Assembly (NCBI GenBank): GCA_043228905.1
Contig: JBHGNT010000016.1
Location: 6,944,001 to 7,008,000 of the forward strand
Source: Azolla caroliniana
Taxonomy: Eukaryota; Plantae; Polypodiophyta
Reading direction: 5' to 3'
DNA: 64,000 nucleotides
Part shown: positions 54,451 to 64,000 of the stretch, piece by piece
How positions within the stretch are numbered: the stretch's first letter is position 1
Layout of the letters: every line of letters begins with the position of its first letter
Made by a program: the position numbers and the translations under genes
The notes under the pieces: generated by a model
The model's database searches: none
Told to the model about the DNA's origin: nothing
The model's input: the letters and a program-made list of their open reading frames with translations, nothing else

Positions 54451-55479
54451 CCCAATCTAATTCTACCTGTGTGCATGAGTATGCTGTTGCGCAAGAGTTT
54501 GTCTCTCAAAAACCTAGCACAATGCGTCTAGAAACACACAAAGCACATCATCATAGGGCACTATAACAACATCTATGAGTTTAAGAAAGACCATAAACAC
54601 AAAAGGAGATGAATGGGTATGACAAAGAAAATCAATGAAGAAACATGAGAGGGGAAGATCTAAATCAAGAGCTGATAATATTATGTACATATAAACTCAC
54701 TCCATGAAAGAGGGTTCATAATATTTTATGGGTAACAATGATAATCATCCAAGTATAGCAAATAAGGGATTGTAAGTGACAAAGATATACAGTAGTATAA
54801 TCTATGAGAGAGGAAAGGAGAATGAACATAGAGTAGATTAACAAGGTGGAGATAAAAAACTCACACTACATCAAGAGAGATATTCTAAGGCTATCCTCAA
54901 ACCTCCCACACTTATACTTATATACAATAGGGGCTTCATTGTTTAGTGCTTGCATGTATCTTGCCATGTGTCGCACATGTAACACTTCATCCACTTTCCT
55001 TTGATTGCAACCAATAGACCTTCTATTTTGGGTATGAAGACGGTTGATTCTATTCACGACCCCTTCTAAACATTTGTAGCACGCCGAACAAGCTTTCCAA
55101 AGAACGTTTATTTATTAAAATCCAATATACTCTTGAAATATTATGACCAAAACATTAACTGCCTATTGTAAAGGCACTCTTTGACTATGTCACACCAATT
55201 CACCTTGATTCTTCAAATCTACCTTCGACGAAAGCATCCATCATCATGCTTAAAGTGTCATAACCAGCTTGTATCCATATTTTACTATCTTTTAACCCCT
55301 TTGTTGAGCACAAGTATCTACAACACGACAACGCCTTCCCAACATGTCCTGTATGGTTGGTGAAAATCGGATCCAAATCAAGCGTTGTGTTCAAAATTCA
55401 GCTTTTGTTTTTGGAGATATCTTAATTAAATGAAGAGAGACATCTTTCCATGAATTGCACAAGTTTTGTCCCAAAATTG

Positions 55480-56210
55480 GTGGAGAGTGAGGTGATTCTC
55501 TATTTCAAGATAAGTAAGACAAGGATGTCCACTTGCTCCTTTTCTATTTTTAAGTATCTGAAGCGTTTGTTGTACATTTAAATTCTCAATATGTTAATAT
55601 CAAAGGTTTAGCATTACCATTTGCAGATGTTGATGTTGACTGTAGTCTATGAGTTTGCCAATGATACAACTCTTTACGTTCACGCCTCACAATTTAACTT
55701 GTTGCAGGTTCAAAAAGATGAGGATGACTTCTCAGATGCATCGGGTGCACTAATTAATTAGGATAAATCATGAGGTTTTTGGGTGGCTTCGGGAGATCCG
55801 CCATTTAATGTACCTAGCGTAGGATTCACATGGATCCCTAAAGGGCACTCCATTAGGTATTTAGGATGTAGAGTGGGGTTAGGATTAAGTGTACAAGATA
55901 TGATTGCGCCCTTGTTGTTAAGATTAAGGAATAAGCTAATATATTGGAATAGGGAAAAGTTATCCCTAGTAGGACGTGTAGTTGTTGCTAATTATGTGCT
56001 TTTGTCCTCCATTTGGTATATAGCGTCTACATGGTTGTTTTCTAGGTCAGTAATGCTTAAAGTTCAATTGCTAGTGCGGAATTTTACTTGGGGGAATGCT
56101 ATTGTAGACAATATTATAACAAAGGTAGCTTAGTCGGTTCTTATACAGCCTAAATAGAAAGGAGATTTAAGTTTGATTGATCCCTTTATGCAAATTAAAG
56201 CATTACTTGC
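55480..56210 (+). mobile_element. L1-type LINE RT remnant, cut by an LTR at 56211
   Basis: VRQGCPLAPFLF, FANDTT, SGALIN, IRYLG, KLSLVGRVVVANYVLLSSIWY. Confidence 0.8.
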
Positions 56211-56549
56211 TGTAAAAAGTAGTGTGTGGAAGCTTGCAGACGAAAGTGACTTAACCATAGAGCAACAGAGAATACACACAGGTTTAATGGAAAGCTTAAT
56301 CACAGAGAGAGAGTACGTGGGAGAGACAGAGAGAGCAGAATAGTAAACTCAATTCAAAATAATAACACTATGTACATACAATGTCCTACATAATACTTTT
56401 TATACAAGTCCTTAAAAGGACGGATAGAAGTAGTGACATGTACTTCAATGCTCATACGTGCGACTAACACAAACTCCCAAATGCCTATGGTTAAGAATTA
56501 GATGATTAATTACAGGTTAATTAGTTGATAAGCAGAAGATTAAGTGATA

Positions 56550-56597
<48 letters not shown>

Positions 56598-57230
56598 AGT
56601 TAACACTTATGAACAACACAAGATGGGGGATGATTAACTCTATATTAAATTAGCATTATCATCATCATCAAAAACAAAAATACCCACAATGAGGTATATA
56701 TACATCTCATGTGCAAAGGTGCACATGTGTGAGTAGAATATAGGTACCAATTTATAAGTCCTCTATTAAATGTACTTAGGAGTGGAGGATCTAGAATATC
56801 CCACTTAAGCACAAGGTCCTATTTAAGGCGTTATAGTCAACACTTCTAACTAGATTCTATCTAGGTAACTACGAAGTTACATGGTTGACTAAATAACTAA
56901 ACTAAGTTGAGCTTGATCTCTTAACACGCCCCCTCAAGCTCAAGTGTGAGGCATCCGACATCCGCTTTAGCTTTCGTCGGCTTCGTGTGCTTCCGTACGG
57001 CCTTCGGCTTTCTTCGTCGTGGCAATCTCGGTTCCTCTCCCTCAAGCCGGTGACGAAGGCTTTTAGTGTGTGGGTGAAGGTCGACTACTTCCACCCATCA
57101 TGGGTTACGAGCTGCTTCGGTGGAGCTCTTGGGCTTTTGTTCGGCCGATACTGCTTCTTTGTGGTTTGTTATAGGTTATCATGGCTAGAGCCATTGTAAT
57201 GTTTTCCACCTAAACATTCGACATGTATGC
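56211..57230 (-). mobile_element. Truncated Copia (A/C-related): 3' LTR 56211-56926 plus PPT and 3' internal remnant
   Basis: The minus-strand LTR starts TGTTAAGAGATCAAGCTCAAC after PPT GAGGGGGCG and ends TTTACA at 56211. Confidence 0.75.
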
Positions 57231-57299
57231 AGAAGTTCTACTAATGAAGAATAATATTTTTTGGAAAAAAATAAATTGGTGGAGAGTGGTAGCCAGTTC

Positions 57300-58700
57300 T
57301 CGATAACAAAATAGAAGACAATAAGTTGGTCATTTCCACAAAATGGGAAGACAAATTTGTTTGAATGAATACATTTTATTGTTCTTTATCTTGCGTAACT
57401 TTGCATACTTGTAACTTTTAAATATTTAGTACGATTTTATGCTCAATTAGTTTCAATATTAGCTATAATAATCATGACTCATAACATTATAACACAACAT
57501 AATGACATCATAACATTACCTATAATTACAAAATAATGAAACATTTGTTGTTTAATTGACCATCTCATTTGTTACGTTCTCTCCTTTTTTTTATTGTGAA
57601 GGAAAAACAAGAAATCCTAAAAGATTGTGTAGATTATGTGAGAAGTTTCTTTGTAGCTCTTACCATTGTGTCAGACATTTCCCATTTAGAATCAAGTTCT
57701 TTTCATGATACTACAATTACACAAAGCACTCCTGTAGAATTAGAATGCTCAGCACGAATACCCTATGTTCACAATGGATCTCATGTCCTCATCCTTGTTT
57801 TGGATGTTATTTCAATGGGATTGTTATCACAACTTGACCTAGATCAAATCAAGTGGTTGTACAATTTGTCTAGAATGCGGTTAAGATATGAACTTTATGA
57901 AGACCCAATGTGTTGATGACGACACAAAGAGAATAGAATTAAAAAGTAGTTTACTATTGTTTCACAAAACAGCAAAAAAGAAGTTGCCCAAAGGGACAAC
58001 AAAATTATTGCCAAGATGGCTGACTAATTCAAAGGGATCACTAACAGTGTGAAATGCAAAAATATCTGCAATTGTGTATTACAAAAAGCTACAAAGATGC
58101 ATTCAACTATGTAACTTATCTAGAGGCTGATCTTAGGATAGTAGAAAACTTCTTGATGTGCACTTGATGATAACATAAAGAAAGAGAACACCACCCCACT
58201 ACATTTTTTCTTTTAATTGGCATCACACCTAACAAATGAATCATTATTTTTACCCAAAAAAGAAATAAAGATACAACAAAAAAATGGCTTACAAACATAT
58301 GAGCTTTGTCCATTCTCGAGGGGAGAACAATGCATTCATGAGAAATACCGTCATCAATTAGAGAAAAACCAAGAAAGCCTTGTGTGAACGCATGCAACAT
58401 GTTGAAAAGATCAAAGCAGACAAGAAATGAGCAAAATATGAGCATTATAGCATGGGTTGAGATTATGAAAGACAACGCTCAAAGTGTTTTCATGGGTCGA
58501 CAAAATTTCCATTACAAAACTTGATATAATGTATCCCGAAAACCACCAAGACGCCGAATATAAGCTATTGATGAAGAGAACAATGAGTTTGTCGTTGGGA
58601 CTTCCATCACTGAATCAAGGAAATAAGACTCTTAGTTCACTTCTACAAGGAGTCAAAAGCATAGAACATATTCATTGAAGTTGAAATCAGTCTTCAACAT
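57300..58700 (-). pseudogene. Possible decayed hAT (ZBED/SPIN-like) transposase
   Basis: SDGSPN (~58590-58612) and GISHECIV (~58325-58350) resemble the TDGAPAM and HCIIH motifs; heavily degraded. Confidence 0.3.
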
Positions 58701-58894
58701 CGCACTGCCATTATGATTCTACCACATACTATTTTACAATTTTCGAAAGAATATTCTCTGAATGCCTTCTTGTACAGCAGGTTCTACCTCTACCATATGA
58801 ATGAGGGTATCATGGGTTGGTAGTTTGTTGAACACAAATAGCAGCAGCAAGAGAGCAAAAATCGATTTTAAAAAAAACCCCTCAATGAAGCTTT

Positions 58895-61800
58895 TCACTT
58901 AATCAAGGTTTCCCAAATGCTTTTCATATACACGACCAAAGACCAGAGTGCCAATCCAGCTGAAATGTAAAGCAACGTAACTCCGACCCCGACAAGTAAA
59001 TAAGCAATTCCAGCCTCACTGCGAAACAGAAGAAAAATGAATGGAGATGAATTAAGCAGTTATAAATGGCATGGAATTCCAGAACCTCATTTATACACTA
59101 TATATATGTATATATAGTACCTGGTGAAACTCCTAGTTGTTAGAAGAGTTGTAATGGCGATCAATTGAGATGCTGTTTTCCATTTACCAAGATTATTCAC
59201 TGCAACGGCCTGCATCAATACCAGCAGTTAAGATAAGAGTGTCAAATGCGCATTCGTACGTGTGGGCTTCAAATTTCCATTCAATGAGAAACAATGGTGG
59301 GAATAACTCTTGATCTATTGTTATCATAGGGGAAGGGCCCAAAACACTAAGTAGGCCAACCACCTTCCCTGCCAAAGATCTATTGTTTTTGAAAATAGGG
59401 AACAACTCCAAAACACCTCTAAATTTATCATTATGTCCTGAAATGCCCCTAGGTTCACAAATCTTTTATTTCCCATGTTTATGTGTGTGTGTGTGTGTAG
59501 AGAGAGAGAGAGAAATGGGGAGTGATACAGAGAGATAGATTTTATTATCATCCTCAAAGCTCAGATATTACCTATGGAGACAATGACTAAGGACATTTCA
59601 AGGTATTTCAGAGTTTTCCCCCTTTGAAAACAAATCACAAGGAGATTAGAAATCAGGAATCAGCTTACAGCTTGCAAGTCCTCGCCTTGGCTAGCAGCCC
59701 ATTCACGAACCGCTGACATTGTTATCTGAAAGAGCAATTGGCCAATCCAATACAGGCTCAGACAATCGAGCAATCAATCAATATACAAGATTGCAAATGG
59801 CCAAATACAGGGACAAGACACTAAATTCCTAACTTTAACTAACCTACTCTTGCCTAGGCACACCAAGAACCCCTCTGTAGATTAAAGGTGAAAATACCAT
59901 AGGGGTAAGCTGGCAAGTTTTGAAAATTGATTAGGGATATTCCAGTAAATATCCAACAATTAGGTGAATTGTGGTGTTTTGTCCCTAGGAATATCCTTCC
60001 CTACCTCTCGCCCAATAATTGCTGTCGATGGCACTGGAATCAACCATGGAAGTCCTGCTGCCCATGATACATGGATTGGCTTCGTACATAAGAGAACCAA
60101 TGTAGTTGCAACCATTAACTGCAAAGAGTTAGGAGTTTTAATTTAATGTTGAATCAGTTTTGATGGTGGATATCTCAATTTACATCTCATTAGTTTTTGC
60201 TTCTACAGCGATCTCAGAGTTTGAAATTCCAAATTAGCAAAGAAACAAACAAATGAAAAGAAACCCAGCTCAAGAACTGGATGATCAACTTGCGTCCTGA
60301 TTCATGCATAAGATCCTTATTTGAGTACTAAAGATGTCCATAACATCATACATACAAATAGTTTATTTTCTGATATTATATGCAAGAACACCTGCCACAG
60401 CTTAATCATCTCAAGACTTCAAAAATAATATCTATGCATACATTACATACTTCAGCTACATAACATGTTTTCTTACCTTGTCTGCAACTGGGTCCAAAAA
60501 TGCTCCGAACGCAGAGTTAGAACCCATCTGCATCCCACATTGAAATGATTACTTCTTGGTGCATGCATAATATGCATCTGTCAACAAATATCTTCAAATG
60601 AACAAAATTTGTTGCAAAACCTTTCGCGCCAGAAACCCATCTAGCCAATCTGTGGCAGCGGCGAGCACAAATATACAAGTTACAGTGGTTGTCGCCCACC
60701 ATTCAGTTGAGTAGAACACTGAAAATAAAATATAAGCATTAACCATAAAGAACAAACAAGATTCCACAAAGAATAACAAATATTTAGCCCATCCTTTATG
60801 TATTGTACACTTTGAGTACAATACTAAAAGAACATTTTGTTATTCATACCACATGGTACAGGAACTGAGTAATTCAGAATTAACCATTGTGAAAATATTA
60901 AAGGTTTTCAGTATTCACTTCCTTAATGAAATAATCCTGTACTATTAGAGAATACTGATACAGAAAAGATCCTTGGATAAAGTGTGCCAATCTCAATTGA
61001 GATATTGGTAAAGCTGTGATTTATGAATAGCCTAATTACGTTTTGGTAGATCAATGGGAGGTATACTGTATCCCATATGGAACATGTGTGAAAATCAGTC
61101 AAAGCTCCTTGAGATTCCCCACCTGTATGAGATATTCTTGGTAAATGAGATGGTAGCTCAGTGGTTCAGGCCAGTGTAAATCAGTTTGCATGTTTTCAAG
61201 CTCTTTCCATCAACTTGAATGTGTCCTCTAAAGATTCTATGTAATAACCCTTTGTGAAAATTACTAGCTCCTCTATAAGGAAAATAATTTCAATGATAAA
61301 AGAACATATTGCAGTAATTTCTACAAGGAAAATAGTCCTCACTTAATCACTAGCTTTTCTTCACACTATCAACTGCAGGCATAGGAGCACATTGTAGTTA
61401 TTTCTCACTTTATCAACTAGATTTTCTTCACACTGTCAAAAGCATCCTCTAAAATGTCTAGTCATTCTGTTAAAATTGAACAACCCACACTGAAAGAACC
61501 AACTATTCTTCACACCAGGAATGGTAGGCATAGCATTTCAGGGTGGATATTTTCCTGGAAAATAATACTCCTACTACTCCTACTATTACTAATAACATTC
61601 AGAATGTATAGCGTACAAGACTGTCGTATTCATATGTAAAACAATAGCAATCCTCTACTCAAACTACCAGTTTATTGTTCACATCATCAATTTGAGGCAC
61701 TTGAGAGCATTGTAATCCCCTCTAAAAATGTCATTTACACTAATGGCTATTGTTCACACCATCAATGACAGGCATAGCATAGTAGATAAGTATTGTCATT

Positions 61801-62833
61801 ACAATCCTTGCTTCAACTACTAGTTCTAGTGGAACTCTTTGAAGTCCACATTGTCGATGGTAAAGGCTCACTGAATCTATGTGGCCATGTGAGAACATAG
61901 TAGCCATATCTAAAAATGATAATAATGCCCACTCAATCTAAGTAATCTTTTGCACTGTCAAGTGCAAAGGCATAGAATAGGAGCGCATTTAGTCATTTCT
62001 GGAAGACAACAGTCCTCATTTAAATTACATCAAAATCTCAAGCAGCATGGCCATATTATATGAGCTTAAAATCCAGGGCACTAAACAAAGAAAGGAGACA
62101 TATATCACGAAAAAACAAGCTACAGTGGGATTGGTAGATCAGATCACATGATCTAACTTAACATATAGAGCTAAACAAGAAGAAGAAAGACAATTTAAGA
62201 TAATTGCATTATAGAGAGTAGAACCGCTTTGTAACATAAATAGCTAAAACAAAACAAAGAAGAAAACAGAAAATTAAGAGAAGTAGAAAACAAATACATT
62301 ATATAGTAGACGACTAGTGATAAAAGAATTTTACCACAGAGCAAAACCGGTATAGAAGCGACCCGAGCAAGTGTAAGAAGAGTTGGAAGGGTAAGAATCT
62401 TATTAGCATTAGGGTTTAGCGGATGTTTTTCTTCTGGCTTATTATGCATTTCTCCATAGCCACTGCCATCACCACCATCATCCTCGTTAACAATAAGCTC
62501 ACCATTCAGAAGCATGATTTCTTCTGTGAATGACGGAGCTCTTTCCCCTTCTAATGCTTGGATAGGTGTAAGGGTTTTATTCTTGTGAACGATGTTCTTT
62601 TCTGCAGGTATTAGGGATTTCCTTGCGCGAATTAGCGTTTTTGCAGAGAAGAAGCAGGGGGGTGAGGGTGCAGAGGAGCCATGGAAAGCTTGATTTGATC
62701 TGTATTGGAGATGTTTTGCAACAATTGAGGAAGAAGGAGGAGGAGAAGGAGAAGGACAGAGGAGGAAGAAATGGGTCTTTCTTCTCCCTCTTCTGAAGAG
62801 AGATGGTGCTGCTGAAAGCTGGAGCAACACCAT
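58895..62833 (-). CDS. PGPS1: CDP-diacylglycerol--glycerol-3-phosphate 3-phosphatidyltransferase (PGP synthase), 343 aa with a probable organellar transit peptide. Exons: 62335-62833, 60621-60718, 60477-60527, 60005-60118, 59669-59725, 59121-59209, 58895-59018
   Basis: TLPTLLTLARV, CDP-alcohol phosphotransferase motif TDWLDGFLARK|MGSNSAFGAFLDPVADK, IIGREITMSAVREW, AVNNLGKWKTA. All GT-AG phases are consistent (1032 nt); Ser/Pro/Arg-rich N terminus. Confidence 0.93.
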
Positions 62834-62959
62834 GGCTTCTTCTTCTTCTTCTTCTTCTTCTTCCTTCCTCTTCTTCCTTCTTCCTTCTTCTTCTCTTTCT
62901 GATCTTCTTGTTTCCATTATTTGCAAATATGTCCCCTTCCCATTTTTACTATCGCCCAT

Positions 62960-63370
62960 GTGTGATTAAGCCTCCTTTGTCTCCACTCCAGTTTTAACTG
63001 CGTAATTAACCTACTTAATCTCCCATTAGCCGAGTCATTAATCTTGTTAATATCCTGATTATTGTGTGATCAGACTCTTTAATCTCCCAATAACTATGTG
63101 ATTAAACCTCCTTAATCCCCCCCCCCCCCCAATCGAGTAAGTGACTAGCTTCTTTAATCTCCCATATTACGTGGGTGATTAGTCTACTTAATTTGTAGTT
63201 AAATTAATTTGTTGATTGATGTGCTTACTATCTAGTTAAGAGAATTGGTGATTAGCCTCCTCATATCTAGTTAAATTAATTAGGTGGTTAGCCTCCACTT
63301 GATTAAGCAAGCAACCTCCTTAACCCTTTCCCCCCATTAATTATGTGATTAACCTCTCTAATCTCCCATC
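62960..63370. repeat. Degenerate ~35-45-bp tandem repeat upstream of PGPS
   Basis: Recurrent GTGATTA(A/G)..CTCC and TTAATCTCCCA units, about 8-9 copies. Confidence 0.7.
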
Positions 63371-64000
63371 CACATTGATTCATTCGCACATCCATCTAAT
63401 TTCTAAGAGTCACTTACATGAGTGCAGAAATCCCGATTAATTGCTTACCGATGATGTATCTAAAATGTTGGGCATTTGGGGTACTTTGCATAAGAATGAA
63501 GTGGAGCATGTCCTAGGCCCTAGTACTTTGGAAGAAAGCCGAGCAATGTTGTGGTAATATAGGGGTGCATGGTTCCTCGTAACTTCCTCAATGTGGGTAG
63601 GCGTCTCCTTTACTTTATTGCCCTATATAACCGCATCGAATTCCATTTGTGTTAAAGCGGCATGGAGTCACTATGAAGCCGAAGAACCCTACCCACTACA
63701 AAGGGGGACCATTCGCATTACATGTGCACTACTCGTTTATCAAAGAACATACGGGAACTTTATCAAAGAACTTTATCCGACAATCTACTTTGATGTTCAA
63801 GGGGAACAAAAATACAATGTTCATTGGTTCTTCGGCCCTAGAACTACGGTGTGCACCCAACCGACGATAGAGAGACCAATGCCAAAGTTTTTTTTTTTTT
63901 TTCTCGCACACCCGGATCAGGAAGTTGCGAGGAGCAAATACAGATATATTAAGCAATCATCGAGCTGCCAGATCAGATCATTCCTTTTACATCCCCTTAG

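Noticed and set aside
61150-61200. A-box-like TAGCTCAGTGG in a PGPS intron
   Set aside because: No B box at tRNA spacing.
62834-62959. Upstream in-frame ATG extending PGPS by 42 aa
   Set aside because: Encodes poly-Glu/Arg from a GAA microsatellite and would mask the transit peptide; ATG 62833 has GCCATGG context. Not excluded without transcripts.
63450-63900. Possible L1 3' remnant
   Set aside because: Coding-like composition but no diagnostic motif.

Overview
Eukaryotic plant genomic DNA, most likely a fern or other non-seed plant (inferred from a Tcn1-like chromovirus, a tRNA-Trp-primed Gypsy and fern-like L1 remnants). Bases 1-27018 are a five-level LTR-retrotransposon nest with a target-site duplication (TSD) at each internal junction. 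Copia A (-) contains Copia B (+, 2379-26630), which contains Copia C (+, 7258-25916), which contains chromovirus Gypsy D (-, 10045-23724), which contains a young Gypsy E (-, 15056-23034, apparently identical LTRs). A sixth, truncated LTR sits in C's 5' LTR. The rest of the window holds two intact intron-containing genes on the minus strand: an NDR/AGC-VII Ser/Thr kinase (37798-45819, 12 coding exons, one GC-AG intron) and a phosphatidylglycerophosphate synthase (58895-62833, 7 exons). These lie among decayed L1/RTE LINEs, hAT remnants, MITEs, a solo LTR and microsatellites. The main unusual signals are: (1) an AG_GUU_UUU slippery site plus an H-type pseudoknot whose downstream pol lies in the -2 frame in element E; (2) tRNA-like Pol III A/B-box modules in the U3 of two unrelated Gypsy LTRs; (3) a tandem array of 5'-UTR exons in the NDR gene, each ending in ATG so that splicing builds uORFs; (4) a Tf1-type self-priming PBS and a classical -1 frameshift signal in element D. 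All coordinates were read by eye and no database searches were run.
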